NCBI GenBank assembly: GCA_965650275.1 | Contig: CBFGNV010000012.1 | Coordinates: 3,111 to 67,110 of the forward strand | Direction of reading: 5' to 3' | DNA length: 64,000 bases | From: an uncultured Fluviicola sp. | GTDB lineage: Bacteria > Bacteroidota > Bacteroidia > Flavobacteriales_D > Crocinitomicaceae | Shown: piece by piece, positions 38,406 through 48,943 of the stretch | How the letters are laid out: each line of letters starts with the position of its first letter | Position numbering within the stretch: position 1 is the stretch's first letter | The notes under the pieces: generated by a model | Database searches by the model: none | What the model was told of the DNA's origin: nothing | The model's input: only the letters and a program-made list of their open reading frames with translations | Position numbers and translations under genes: made by a program

Positions 38406-40475
38406 ATGATGAAAAAGATATTATTACTCATAGCTGTTACGGTTAGTGTTGTTTTGCATGCGCAGGTTTATAATATGCCTGCAGGTACATCTTCGGTGAC
38501 CACTTGTTCTGGAACGTTTTATGATTCAGGAGGTGCCGGAGGAACTTATTCAAATAGTGAAAACAGAACATTTACCATTTGTCCGTCAACCCCTGGCGCA
38601 AAGATTCGGGTGGATTTTACATCATTTGCCATTGAGAATAACTGGGACTATTTATATATATATGATGGAACAACGACCGGAGCCCCAACTTTAGGTACTT
38701 ATACTGGCGTTGCCGGACCAGGAATTGTTCAGGCAACACCTGGAAATGCCTCTGGCTGCGTGACTTTTCGTTTTACTTCAGATTTTACCGGTACTCTTGC
38801 AGGTTGGACGGGTAACATCTCATGTATTTCACCATGTCAAACAATTACTGCCAATTGGGTAAGTTCAAATGAAGCTCCCGAGCCAGATGGGGTTATCCGT
38901 ATTTGTCAGGGACAAAGTGTGAATTTTGTTGGAAGTGGAACATTCAGTACATCCGGAGCTGGCGCAACGTATACATGGTCAATGGGGAATGGTGCTACAG
39001 TGAACGGAACAAATATCAATTACACATATCCTGTTGCAGGTAGTTTTTTGGTGAATCTGTTGATAACTGATCCGGGTGGTTGTACAAACGCAAATACTTT
39101 CAATAGAAATGTTCAGGTGTCAACTACACCAACCATTAGTACTTCGGCTACACCTTCAACGCTTTGTACAACTCAAACATCGGCTTTGGCGGCAACAGTT
39201 ACAATGACACCTTTTACAGTTAATTGTACTCCTCCAGTTTCAGGAACCACATTTTTACCTGACGGTTCTGGAGTTTCCTATACTACTTCAATTACAACCA
39301 ATTGTTATAGTCCGTCAGCAACAGTAACTGCAGCTTCAGATATTACTAACGTTTGCGTGAATATGGAGCACTCCTTTCTAGGTGATTTGGATTTAAGATT
39401 GATTTGTCCGAACGGTCAGTCAATCAGCTTAAAAGATTATCCAGGTGGAGGTGGAACTTACCTTGGTGGTGCTCTAGATGATGGAGGAACTGGGCCAGGA
39501 ACTGGCGCAACTTATTGTTTTACTCCTTCGGCGGTAACACTTTTAGTTAGCGGTCCAACAATAATGGCAGGATCTCCGTCAAGTGCATCAATAACTCCGG
39601 GAAATTATATGCCGGTGAATTCATTTGCAGGATTGATAGGTTGTCCTTTAAATGGTAATTGGACTATTCAGGTAACAGATCACTTGGCTATTGATAATGG
39701 TTATATTTTCAATTGGGATATCAATTTCAGTGCAGGGTTACTTTCTGCGGCATCATTTACACCAACAATTGCATCGCAAGGCTGGGTTGCTAATCCTGTA
39801 CTTACGTCTACGGGACCAACAACTGCGAATGTTGTTCCATTGAGTCAGGGAACCCCATGTTTCAATTATAGTGTTACAGATAACTTCGGTTGTACCTACA
39901 CTTCGTCACAATGTATTACAGTGAACTGTGGTTCTTCATTGCCAGTAGGTTTAATAAGTTTTGAAGCAAGTGCTGTCAGCAATGAACGTATTCAGTTAGA
40001 TTGGGTAACATCATCTGAAACGAACAGCGATTACTTTAAAATTGAACGTTCACTTGACGGAAATCATTGGGAATGGATTGCAACAAAAGACGCCGTTGGA
40101 AATTCAAATGAGTTGTCTAACTATCAGGTAGTTGATGAAAATCCATATCCGGGAACCTCGTACTACAGACTATTGCAGTATGATAATAACGGAAGTTTGG
40201 GAACTACAGATATGGAAGCTGTCTATTTGGATGTTTCAGGAGAATCAGGCTTTGCACTGTTTCCAAATCCAACAAATTCATTAGTTACACTCAGGGGTGA
40301 TTTAGTTGCCTTATCGAATTTTCAAGTATTGAACATGCTCGGTCAAAATTTACGAAGTATCATTCCCGTTTATGATCAGGGAGATGGAACGGTAGTTTTG
40401 GATTTGAGTAATTTGTCATCAGGAATATACTCCGTGAAATGCGGAGTGAAGATTGTCTCATTAGTGAAAAACTAA
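38406..40475 (+). CDS. T9SS cargo: CUB + PKD + proprotein-convertase-P-like + Ig + type A CTD
   Basis: CSGTFYDSGG...WDYLYIYDG (CUB); YTWSMGNG..VNG...YTY (PKD); VNMEHSFLGDL...LICPNG (P-domain); SLPVGLISF; FPNPT CTD. Confidence 0.85.
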   Translation: MMKKILLLIAVTVSVVLHAQVYNMPAGTSSVTTCSGTFYDSGGAGGTYSNSENRTFTICPSTPGAKIRVDFTSFAIENNWDYLYIYDGTTTGAPTLGTYTGVAGPGIVQATPGNASGCVTFRFTSDFTGTLAGWTGNISCISPCQTITANWVSSNEAPEPDGVIRICQGQSVNFVGSGTFSTSGAGATYTWSMGNGATVNGTNINYTYPVAGSFLVNLLITDPGGCTNANTFNRNVQVSTTPTISTSATPSTLCTTQTSALAATVTMTPFTVNCTPPVSGTTFLPDGSGVSYTTSITTNCYSPSATVTAASDITNVCVNMEHSFLGDLDLRLICPNGQSISLKDYPGGGGTYLGGALDDGGTGPGTGATYCFTPSAVTLLVSGPTIMAGSPSSASITPGNYMPVNSFAGLIGCPLNGNWTIQVTDHLAIDNGYIFNWDINFSAGLLSAASFTPTIASQGWVANPVLTSTGPTTANVVPLSQGTPCFNYSVTDNFGCTYTSSQCITVNCGSSLPVGLISFEASAVSNERIQLDWVTSSETNSDYFKIERSLDGNHWEWIATKDAVGNSNELSNYQVVDENPYPGTSYYRLLQYDNNGSLGTTDMEAVYLDVSGESGFALFPNPTNSLVTLRGDLVALSNFQVLNMLGQNLRSIIPVYDQGDGTVVLDLSNLSSGIYSVKCGVKIVSLVKN

Positions 40476-40517
40476 TTTTAGGTTAAGGTTTCCTATTGAG
40501 CATATAGTTGTTAGGTT

Positions 40518-40550
40518 AAGGCTGTTCAGAACATGAACAGCCTTTTTATT
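40518..40550 (+). terminator. Intrinsic terminator
   Basis: AAGGCTGTTCA/TGAACAGCCTT perfect stem followed by a T-run. Confidence 0.85.
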
Positions 40551-40877
40551 TGCTTTATCATTGTTTTAATTATCTGAATTACTGTGGTTTAAATTTTTTC
40601 ACGACGTGAATAGGATATTGTTCAATTCCAATTTACAGAAATGATAGATTCTTAACAAAAAGTGATTTAAAATTTAACAAAATTGTAATATGTTATTTTT
40701 TAAACGAACTAAACATTAGTAGTTTGCTGGGCTATTCTAGGTGCATTTCGAATATTTCTCATGATTATATGAGTGTAATGGCTTTTTCAATGAATATTTG
40801 ATGAAGATCCATTCGATTTAAACAAAAATGTGAAAAAATATTTTTGAAAGTCGGAATCCGTGTAATAATGTACATCG

Positions 40878-40885
40878 TAAATTTG
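40878..40885 (+). promoter_or_regulatory. -7 element TAAATTTG
   Basis: TAnnTTTG match 23 nt upstream of ATG 40909. Confidence 0.5.
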
Positions 40886-40908
40886 GGACAACTATATGCT
40901 CAAAATCT

Positions 40909-41292
40909 ATGAAACTAATTCAGGGGATTCTGTTTCCCGTATTTATTCTGGCGTACTCCAATGCGTCATTCTCTCAAACCGAGATACATTCCGGACTTTT
41001 AATTGCTCAAAGCCAAACTGAGGAGCTAAATGCTTTGAAGTTGCATTCCAATGAGGCTTTAACTCATGAAAATATAGATATTATCAGCAAGGAATTTGCT
41101 AAATACACCGAGTCAATTATTTCCTTTCATTTTGATGTAGCAAACAGCAAAATTTATGTGAAGTATAACAGTAGTATTGAGCTGAATTTTGTGATGGGAA
41201 TTTTGAGAAGAGTATCGATCGATACTTATTATCTGAACAATGGGGTTGAGGTTCATTATGTGAAAAACCCAAGTGATAACTTCAAATTCTAA
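40909..41292 (+). CDS. Small secreted hypothetical protein (possible HMA/ferredoxin-like fold)
   Basis: Signal peptide; alternating beta/alpha pattern; 6 nt before the large T9SS gene. Confidence 0.65.
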   Translation: MKLIQGILFPVFILAYSNASFSQTEIHSGLLIAQSQTEELNALKLHSNEALTHENIDIISKEFAKYTESIISFHFDVANSKIYVKYNSSIELNFVMGILRRVSIDTYYLNNGVEVHYVKNPSDNFKF

Positions 41293-41298
41293 GCGATC

Positions 41299-44200
41299 AT
41301 GAAAAAAATACTAGCTCTTTTAAGTTTGGTAACGATTGTAGGTTCGCTTACATCAAATGCTCAAAGCTACTCTTTCACTGCTGTTGGCGGAACTTATACT
41401 TCGAATACCGGAGGTACTGTAATTCATGCTTCTGGAATAGACGAAGCAGTGTCTGGAGCACTACCAATTGGATTCAATTTTACAATGGGTTGTGATAGTT
41501 ATTCCACTTTCTATTGTTCATCAAACGGTTGGATTTCTTTTGGAACAGCACCGGTTTCTGCCGAATTGACCAATAACTTGAATACGGGAACAGTTCGTCC
41601 TAAATTGGCTCCTCTTTGGGATGATTTGGCTGTGGGTGCTGCTGGAAATGTAAACTATGTGCTTACGGGTACCGCTCCGAATCGAGTTTTAACCGTAGAG
41701 TGGGAAGAAATGGAATGGTACTGGTTGGCAACAACTTGGGGACTGTCGTTCCAATGTAAATTATATGAAACTTCAAATAGAGTTGAGTTTGTTTATACCA
41801 GAAATGGAAATGCTACAGCAAACCTTGATTCACCAAGTGCAAGTATCGGAATAAGCTTACCTGCTTCAGGGAACTTTATCTCATTGAGTGATGTTTCAGG
41901 TGCACCAACAGCTTCAACAGTTACTGAAACAAATAACCTTGCTTCAAAGCCTGCAAATGGTCAAATCTATCGTTTTGATAACACTTCGGTTTTCTGTACC
42001 GGCACTCCAACTGCAGGAACTTCCAGTGCCGCGCCAGCCACTACTAACTGTGCAAGTTCAACAACAACGTTAACGGCAGCCGGAATGTCTACTGGATGTG
42101 GATATGTATATCAATGGCAATCATCACCAGACAATGCCACATGGACAAATATTAGTGGTGGAACGGGAGTAAGCTATGTTGCCTCAAACACTGCATCAAC
42201 TTACTATAGATTAGTTACAACATGTACAGGAAGTGGTTTGTCAGCAAACGGAGCAAGTACTCTTGTAACGTTTAGTGGTTCTGTTCCTGTCAATGATTTG
42301 CCATGTAATGCTACTTTGATGACCGTTGGTTTAACAGAAGTAGGAAACAATACCTGTTCAGGAAATGCAAGTGAACCTGCAACCCCTTCATGCTGGACAG
42401 CAGGTTCTTACAATACAGTTTGGTTTAGGTTTGTTGCAACTGCTGCAAATATGACTATCCAAACATTTAATTCTGCAATTACGGGAACTCAAATTGCCGC
42501 GTATTCGGGGGCTTGTGGTTCTTTAACGCAGATTGCTTCGGCTTGTAATGCGGATGCTGGGAGTTGTGGTTTCACAACAATGACAAATTCATTATTGAAT
42601 TTAACGGGGCTTTCGGTGGGAACCACTTACTATATTGTTGTAGATGGTGATGCTAGTGCTCAAGGTTCTTTTACGGTTATTGTCAATCCAACAGGAACAG
42701 CTGCTCCTCCGGTACAAGGTCAGGATTGCATTCTTGCGAATCCGGTTTGTAACCAAAGTATGACGATTTCTGATCCCGGTTATCAGGGAATTGGTGCAAC
42801 TTGTGATATACCATCTTCTTATTGTTTAGCATCAGCTGAAAGAGGTTCGGCATGGTATAGTTTTACAACAACTGTTGCTGGTAATATTAATTTTGATATC
42901 ATTCCGAACAACTGGCCCGGAGCGCCTTCAACAACGGCAGCGGATTATGACTTTGCAATTTGGCAAATGGGTGGAGGAGTAACTTGTGCTTCAATCCTTG
43001 CCGGAACATCTACTCCTTTGAGATGTAATTACAGCGGATTAGGAGTTACCGGATTAAATGGTGCTGCAGGAAACGCGCCAGCTGCTTACCCAGGATTTGA
43101 TGCTTCCTATGAGGCTCAGATAGCTAATGGAGTTGGTCAAACATATCTTCTTTTAATCAATAATCACAGTACTTCTGTTGATGGATTTACTATTAATTTC
43201 TCTGCAGCTTCTCCAATTCTTTATACAGCGCCTACAACGGTTTCCTGGATGGGGGGGAATGGTGTTAGTACGCAATGGGATTTGAATGCCAATTGGGGTG
43301 CTTGTAATTTCCCAACCTGTGCTATCAATGCGGTGATTAACCCGTTTACAAACCAACCGATGGTAACCGGGACAAAAACGGTGAGAAATATTACGATCAA
43401 TCCGGGTGCAACCCTAACTCTGGCTGCTGGTTCAACGCTTGAGGTTTGTGGGGATTTTATAAATTATGGAACCATTAACGCGGATCCAACTTCAACTGTT
43501 GTAATGTTGGGGACTGCTGTGAACCAAACAATGACTGGTTCATTCACCGGAACAAATGCTTTGGGTAACCTTACTATCAATAAAACCAGTGCACTCAATT
43601 ATGTGATCACGAATGATGATATTGACATGAAAGGTTCATTCTTAACTGCTAATGCTACGTCTATCTTTAACAGCAATGGTGAGTATATTAAAGTAGCCGG
43701 GAATTTCACAAATAATCTAGGAAATACGACATATACCAATACGGGTACAGCCGGAACACTGGAGTTTAATGGAACAGGTGCTCAAACTTATAATCAGGGA
43801 ACAACGCAATTGGATTTGAATAATGTTGTGATGAATCACACCGGTACAAATGTGGTTTTAGCTACAAACATGTTCATAAAAGCTACAACAGGAACGCTTA
43901 CTTTAACTAATGGTAGAATTCAAACAGGTGCGAATCGAGTGGATGTAAGTAATTCGGCTAATGCCTCAGTTACTGTTGGAAATAACAATAGTTATGTGTT
44001 TGGTAATTTGTACAGAACATTGAATGGAGCAGCTGGTGCCTACGATTTTCCGGTTGGAACTGCTACGTTGTATGAAAGAGCAAACATTAACTTTACTTCT
44101 GCTACTACAATTCCTCGTTTACAATCGCGCTTTGATTCCTGGGGAACACCTGCGCTACATACAAATGGGATGTCGGAATGTGCTACTACCTATAATATTG

Positions 44201-45009
44201 CGGATGAGAATATGGGGTATTGGACGATCAATGCATCAGCTAATCCAACAAGTGGAACTTACAATACAACACTTTACTGTAACGGAGCAACGAATACTGC
44301 AGGTGTAGCTGCTTGGACGGTGGAGAAATCTTCAGATGCAGGTGCAACATGGGTTCTGAGTGGAACTTGTGATCCTACTTCAACAGCCGCGGTTGTAAAA
44401 CGTAATGGTATGAATGGCTTCAGTCTTTTTGCTGCGGCTCAGGCAAACACGCCAATGCCAGTAGAATTGCTTGGGTTCTATGGTTTCTCTGTAGGTCGTG
44501 AAAATGAATTGCATTGGAGTACTCAGTCAGAAATAAATTCTGCTTATTTCGTGATCGAGCGCTCAAAGAATGGTGAAGATTTTTATCCATTCGCACAGAC
44601 TCCTGCGCAAGGAAACTCGACAACAGAGGTGAAATATTCTGTTGTTGATAATCTGCCATACTTCCCGTTAACGTATTACAGAATTCGTCAGGTAGATTTG
44701 AATGGTGATTACACCTACACTCCGAAAATTGTTGTTGAATCTGATTTGCAGAGCGATTTGACGATTTATCAAATTTTCCCGAATCCAACAAGTTCGAACT
44801 GTTCTGTAGAAATTAGTGTTAAGTCGAAAGAGAATTTAGTAATGACCATTGTTGATTCAAAAGGAACAATCGTTCATATGAAAGAATTTGAAATGAAAGG
44901 TGCTGGAATTTTGGAGATCCCAAGTAAAGAATGGTCAAATGGTGTGTACTTTATCCGAATCACTTCTGATTCAGGTAAAATCGCAACAACGAAGTTCGTA
45001 AAAGAATAA
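41299..45009 (+). CDS. Large T9SS type A cargo, adhesin-like (1236 aa)
   Basis: Thr/Ala/Gly/Asn-rich; Cys-paired modules (NDLPCNA, GQDCILANPVC); beta-helix-like stretch; PMPVELLGF Ig domain; IFPNPT...GVYFIRI CTD. No catalytic motif recognised. Confidence 0.85.
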   Translation: MKKILALLSLVTIVGSLTSNAQSYSFTAVGGTYTSNTGGTVIHASGIDEAVSGALPIGFNFTMGCDSYSTFYCSSNGWISFGTAPVSAELTNNLNTGTVRPKLAPLWDDLAVGAAGNVNYVLTGTAPNRVLTVEWEEMEWYWLATTWGLSFQCKLYETSNRVEFVYTRNGNATANLDSPSASIGISLPASGNFISLSDVSGAPTASTVTETNNLASKPANGQIYRFDNTSVFCTGTPTAGTSSAAPATTNCASSTTTLTAAGMSTGCGYVYQWQSSPDNATWTNISGGTGVSYVASNTASTYYRLVTTCTGSGLSANGASTLVTFSGSVPVNDLPCNATLMTVGLTEVGNNTCSGNASEPATPSCWTAGSYNTVWFRFVATAANMTIQTFNSAITGTQIAAYSGACGSLTQIASACNADAGSCGFTTMTNSLLNLTGLSVGTTYYIVVDGDASAQGSFTVIVNPTGTAAPPVQGQDCILANPVCNQSMTISDPGYQGIGATCDIPSSYCLASAERGSAWYSFTTTVAGNINFDIIPNNWPGAPSTTAADYDFAIWQMGGGVTCASILAGTSTPLRCNYSGLGVTGLNGAAGNAPAAYPGFDASYEAQIANGVGQTYLLLINNHSTSVDGFTINFSAASPILYTAPTTVSWMGGNGVSTQWDLNANWGACNFPTCAINAVINPFTNQPMVTGTKTVRNITINPGATLTLAAGSTLEVCGDFINYGTINADPTSTVVMLGTAVNQTMTGSFTGTNALGNLTINKTSALNYVITNDDIDMKGSFLTANATSIFNSNGEYIKVAGNFTNNLGNTTYTNTGTAGTLEFNGTGAQTYNQGTTQLDLNNVVMNHTGTNVVLATNMFIKATTGTLTLTNGRIQTGANRVDVSNSANASVTVGNNNSYVFGNLYRTLNGAAGAYDFPVGTATLYERANINFTSATTIPRLQSRFDSWGTPALHTNGMSECATTYNIADENMGYWTINASANPTSGTYNTTLYCNGATNTAGVAAWTVEKSSDAGATWVLSGTCDPTSTAAVVKRNGMNGFSLFAAAQANTPMPVELLGFYGFSVGRENELHWSTQSEINSAYFVIERSKNGEDFYPFAQTPAQGNSTTEVKYSVVDNLPYFPLTYYRIRQVDLNGDYTYTPKIVVESDLQSDLTIYQIFPNPTSSNCSVEISVKSKENLVMTIVDSKGTIVHMKEFEMKGAGILEIPSKEWSNGVYFIRITSDSGKIATTKFVKE

Positions 45010-45026
45010 AGAGTTTAATAGAAATA

Positions 45027-45069
45027 GAAAAACCCTGTAGCGATGACAACATCTGCTACAGGGTTTTTT
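45027..45069. terminator. Bidirectional intrinsic terminator
   Basis: A-run, ACCCTGTAGC/GCTACAGGGT stem, T-run, between convergent genes. Confidence 0.85.
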
Positions 45070-45077
45070 GTTTATTG

Positions 45078-45947
45078 CTATTTGATCAATGAATCGAGAA
45101 CGTACTCGATCAATTCATTCATTTCTTTCTCGTAACCTTTAGAAAACTGATTGTTAGGACGATTAGCTATTCCTAAACAAATGGTAGCGCATTCATGCCT
45201 CATTGCTTTTCCTAGTGCAAACAAAGCTGAACTTTCCATTTCAAAATTGGTGACAAGCAGATCGTTCAATCGAAATGTTTCCAGTTGTTCATTGATATCC
45301 GGAACATTCAGACCTAAACGCAATGACCTGCCTTGTGGTGCATAAAAACCTGAACTGGTCATTGTAATGCCTTCTACTGTTCTATTTGAAGAAAGAAGTG
45401 TAAACAGTTCGTTTGATGATTTAGAAGCGTAAGGAATGATCGTAGCTGGTAATTTGGCATGTTTTGCTAATGTGGAAGCGAGTTCCAGTTCATCGTTTGA
45501 AAATTCAACAGGATAGAAATGAGCTACGTTGTCCAATCCAACCGCGTATTTGGATAAAATAAAACTGTGAACGGGAACTGAGGATTGAAGAATGCCGCAG
45601 GTTCCAATTCGAACCAATCTCAATGATTTTTGCGTTTTAGAATCGGTTCTATTTGCTAGATCGATATTTGCTAAAGCGTCCAATTCGTTGACAACAATAT
45701 CGATATTGTCGGTTCCAATTCCTGTTGAAAGAGCTGTTATTCGTTTCCCCTTATAGGTTCCGGTATGACAACAAAACTCACGGTGTTGACTTTGGTGTTC
45801 TATCTCATCAAAATAGTTGGAAATGAGTTTTACTCGGTCCTGATCACCAACAAGAATAATGTCATCCGCAATCTGTGACGGATTAACTCCCAAATGGTAA
45901 ACTTCACCATGAGCATTTAATACTAATTCGGACGGAGGATACTTCAT
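45078..45947 (-). CDS. Nucleoside phosphorylase (PNP/UDP family 1)
   Basis: ILVGDQDRV, STGIGTDNIDI, RIGTCG, GFYAPQGR, NFEMESSAL. Confidence 0.92.
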   Translation of the reverse strand: MKYPPSELVLNAHGEVYHLGVNPSQIADDIILVGDQDRVKLISNYFDEIEHQSQHREFCCHTGTYKGKRITALSTGIGTDNIDIVVNELDALANIDLANRTDSKTQKSLRLVRIGTCGILQSSVPVHSFILSKYAVGLDNVAHFYPVEFSNDELELASTLAKHAKLPATIIPYASKSSNELFTLLSSNRTVEGITMTSSGFYAPQGRSLRLGLNVPDINEQLETFRLNDLLVTNFEMESSALFALGKAMRHECATICLGIANRPNNQFSKGYEKEMNELIEYVLDSLIK

Positions 45948-45979
45948 AAAGTTAAAAATCAAAAGTCAAAAACGAGAAA

Positions 45980-46003
45980 AGACGCGATGCTTCGCGTCTA
46001 TAC
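45980..46003. repeat. REP-like hairpin AGACGCGA-TGCT-TCGCGTCT-ATAC
   Basis: Perfect 8-bp stem; the GTAT tag on the minus strand resembles GTAG-type REPs. Confidence 0.55.
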
Positions 46004-46109
46004 ACAGTGAATTTAATAAAAAAAGGAACTAGATTTCTCCAATTCCTTCTCAACTCTATATTTTAAATGGATTCTGAGCACCGGTCATCGAGCGGAGTCG
46101 AGCTGCAAC

Positions 46110-46844
46110 TTATTTTCCGATGCTTCCGAAAACTTTTGATAACAAATCAGTTACACGAGCTGCCGGATCCAGACGAATTTTATTTTCTTCTTTCTCAACC
46201 ATCAAGAATAAGCCATCAATTGCTCTGTCAGTTACGTATTTGTTTAAATCCGTTTCTACTTTTTGTCCACCAGAAATTGCCATTGCCTGATTGTATTTCG
46301 TTGCAACCGGATTCCAGTATTCTGTCAATTTTACTTTCTCGATAGCTGCCTGAACTTTTGGTCCGAATGCGATAGCTAATTTCTCTCTAGTATTCGTTTT
46401 CAAATATTTTGTAGCCGCTCCGTTTCCGCCATTCAAAATCGCAAAACCATCCTGAATTGACATGTTTAAGATTGCGTCTTTGAAAATCGGAAGCGCCTCT
46501 TTTGTAGCTTCTTCAGCTGCACGGTTCAATGTTGTTTCGATTTTTGTTACTTGTTCATCAAGTCCCCAGGAAAGTGCTTTCTCTTTCACTTTGATGGCAT
46601 CTGGAGGGAAAGGTAAACGAATTTCTGAATTCCCTAAAAATCCGTCGGTGATAGATGTAAGGTTCACTGAGTTTTGAATTCCAACATTCAAAGCTTCCTT
46701 TAATCCTGAAATAACTTCGCCGTTTGTAAGTGCCTGTGTTGTTGTGCCTGTAGGCTCTGTAATTACTTTCGTTGCTTCGTCAAGAACTTCACAAGAAACT
46801 GCAAATCCGAGTATTAACGCTGGTAGAACAATTCTAAATTTCAT
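46110..46844 (-). CDS. DUF4197 family lipoprotein
   Basis: Lipobox AVS-C; GLKEAL.VG, LNRAAEEA, ATKYLK, YVT.RAIDGLF.MV.KEE.KIR.DPAAR. Confidence 0.9.
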   Translation of the reverse strand: MKFRIVLPALILGFAVSCEVLDEATKVITEPTGTTTQALTNGEVISGLKEALNVGIQNSVNLTSITDGFLGNSEIRLPFPPDAIKVKEKALSWGLDEQVTKIETTLNRAAEEATKEALPIFKDAILNMSIQDGFAILNGGNGAATKYLKTNTREKLAIAFGPKVQAAIEKVKLTEYWNPVATKYNQAMAISGGQKVETDLNKYVTDRAIDGLFLMVEKEENKIRLDPAARVTDLLSKVFGSIGK

Positions 46845-46861
46845 ATTCAATCAATTTAGTC

Positions 46862-46869
46862 CAAACTTA
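46862..46869 (-). promoter_or_regulatory. -7 element TAAGTTTG
   Basis: TAnnTTTG match upstream of the DUF4197 gene. Confidence 0.55.
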
Positions 46870-46906
46870 GCAATAAATTTGCCAAAGTTTAAAATGGTTT
46901 CGGGAT

Positions 46907-48154
46907 ATGGTTAGAATTGAAGTTATTTCGATTGGAGATGAGTTGTTGATTGGACAAACAATTAATACAAATGCATCATGGATTGGTTCTCAGCTGGCTA
47001 ATCTTGGTTATAAAGTAAATCACGTTGCTACCATTTCTGATAATCGTCAGGACATTATAGATTCGCTCGATCTTGCTGTGAAACGAAGCGATTTGGTGAT
47101 CATAACTGGAGGACTAGGTCCAACCAAGGACGATATCACGAAAAAAGTACTTTGTGATTATTTTGATTCCGAATTGGTTGAGAATGAAGAAGTGTTGAAT
47201 CACGTGAAAAGTTTTTTTGAGAAACGAAACCGACCAATGTTGGAAGTGAATATTCAGCAGGCCTTGGTACCTTCCAAATCAAAAGTGTTGTTTAATCAAA
47301 ATGGCACGGCTCCCGGAATGCTCTTCGAACAAGATTCTACTTTGGTTGTTTCTATGCCTGGTGTTCCGTATGAAATGAAAGGCATTTTTACAGACCACAT
47401 TATTGGGCTGGTAGAAGAACGTTTTGGAAGAAGATCCATTTATCAAAAAACAATATTGACTCAGGGAATTGGTGAGTCTTTTTTAGCCAATCAATTTTCA
47501 GATTGGGAGAATAGAATAGAAGAAGCTGGTTTGTCTATTGCCTATTTACCTTCGCCTGGAATGGTGAAAGTGCGGTTGACGTCCTTTAACGGTTTAGAAG
47601 ACCAGAAAGTGATAGAAGGATTCTTTACTGAGTTGAGAAATGAAATTCCGAAACACGTTTATGGGGAAGGAGAAGATACGCTCGCTGAAGTGGTTGGTAA
47701 ACTTTTGTTAGAGAGAAATGAAACCTTGGGTACAATTGAAAGCTGCACTTCCGGAGCGATTGGAGCGACTATCACGTCTATTTCAGGTTCTTCGGCTTAT
47801 TTCAGCGGGGGATTAATGACTTATTCTAACGATTTAAAGGTGAAATTGGCGAATGTGAATAAAGATACATTAGAAAAACACGGTGCAGTTTCGCAAGAAG
47901 TAGCAGAGGAAATGGCTAAGAATGGAAGAGAAGTGCTTGGAACAGAGTGGAGTGTAGCTGTAACCGGAGTTGCTGGTCCAACTGGTGGTTCAGAAGAAAA
48001 GCCTGTTGGTACTGTTTGGATAGCGATTGCTTCAGAAAAAAGCGTAACTTCGCAGCGCTTTCTGTTTGGAGATAATAGAGAGCGCAACATTCAGATGACT
48101 GTTTTAACAGCTTTGAATCTGTTGAGGTGTAATCTTTTAAGAATAAAACAATAA
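46907..48154 (+). CDS. cinA: CinA (MoCF-binding + PncC NMN deamidase)
   Basis: IGDELLIGQTINTNA, TGGLGPTKDDIT, GTAPG, ESCTSG, HGAVSQEVA.EMA, VTGVAGPTGG. Confidence 0.95.
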   Translation: MVRIEVISIGDELLIGQTINTNASWIGSQLANLGYKVNHVATISDNRQDIIDSLDLAVKRSDLVIITGGLGPTKDDITKKVLCDYFDSELVENEEVLNHVKSFFEKRNRPMLEVNIQQALVPSKSKVLFNQNGTAPGMLFEQDSTLVVSMPGVPYEMKGIFTDHIIGLVEERFGRRSIYQKTILTQGIGESFLANQFSDWENRIEEAGLSIAYLPSPGMVKVRLTSFNGLEDQKVIEGFFTELRNEIPKHVYGEGEDTLAEVVGKLLLERNETLGTIESCTSGAIGATITSISGSSAYFSGGLMTYSNDLKVKLANVNKDTLEKHGAVSQEVAEEMAKNGREVLGTEWSVAVTGVAGPTGGSEEKPVGTVWIAIASEKSVTSQRFLFGDNRERNIQMTVLTALNLLRCNLLRIKQ

Positions 48155-48235
48155 TTTTTCTCACAAAGAGTTGTTGGTTTAAGAGATTTTGCTTTTCTTT
48201 GCACCCGCTTTTAGAATTAGGAAAATAAAAATACA

Positions 48236-48472
48236 ATGTCACGAGTTTGTCAAATCACAGGAAAATCGGTAATGGTAGGAAACAATGTTTCTCACTCAAA
48301 CCGTAAAACTAAACGCAAGTTTTACCCGAACTTGTTAACGAAGAAATTCTTCGTTCCAGAATCTGAATCATTCATTACTTTGAAGATTTCAGCAGCTGCG
48401 TTGAGAACAATTAACAAGAAAGGTATTTCTGCGTGTTTGAAAGACGCTCGCGAGAAAGGGTATTTAAAATAA
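48236..48472 (+). CDS. rpmB: 50S ribosomal protein L28
   Basis: [10 protein letters not shown]...GNNVSHS..KTKRKF.PNL. Confidence 0.98.
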   Translation: MSRVCQITGKSVMVGNNVSHSNRKTKRKFYPNLLTKKFFVPESESFITLKISAAALRTINKKGISACLKDAREKGYLK

Positions 48473-48502
48473 TTGTCGTTCGTCGACACAAAGCATTAAG
48501 AA

Positions 48503-48691
48503 ATGGCTAAGAAGGCAAAAGGAAATAGAATCCAAGTGATTTTAGAGTGCACTGAGCACAAAGAGTCTGGGATGGCTGGAACATCTCGTTACATTACGAT
48601 GAAAAATCGTAAAAACACTCCAGACCGTTTGGAGATCAAGAAATTCAACCCGATTCTTAAGAGAATGACGGTTCATAAAGAAATTAAGTAA
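48503..48691 (+). CDS. rpmG: 50S ribosomal protein L33
   Basis: [14 protein letters not shown]...[21 protein letters not shown]. Confidence 0.97.
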   Translation: MAKKAKGNRIQVILECTEHKESGMAGTSRYITMKNRKNTPDRLEIKKFNPILKRMTVHKEIK

Positions 48692-48728
48692 TAATCTGCT
48701 CGCAGGTTCATACATAAAATATTAAGTC

Positions 48729-48881
48729 ATGGCAAAGAAAGTAGTAGCGTCGTTACAAAAAGGAGGAGGAAAAGAGCATACAAAAGTTATCAAGATGACG
48801 AAGTCTGATAAAACTGGTTCTTTTTCATTCAAATCTGAGATTGTACACAACGACAAAGTAAAAGAGTGGTTCGCTAAGTAA
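48729..48881 (+). CDS. DUF4295 small protein (below the ORF-track cutoff)
   Basis: MAKKVVASLQKGGGKEHTKVIKMTKSDKTGSFSFKSEIVHNDKVKEWFAK; the usual position after rpmG in Bacteroidota. Confidence 0.88.
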   Translation: MAKKVVASLQKGGGKEHTKVIKMTKSDKTGSFSFKSEIVHNDKVKEWFAK

Positions 48882-48903
48882 TCTTCTTTTCGAGATATTG
48901 TAT

Positions 48904-48938
48904 AACCCTGATTCAGTTCGCTGAGGTCAGGGTTTTTT
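48904..48938 (+). terminator. Intrinsic terminator
   Basis: AACCCTGATTCAG-TTCG-CTGAGGTCAGGGTT followed by a T-run. Confidence 0.85.
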
Positions 48939-48943
48939 GTTCT

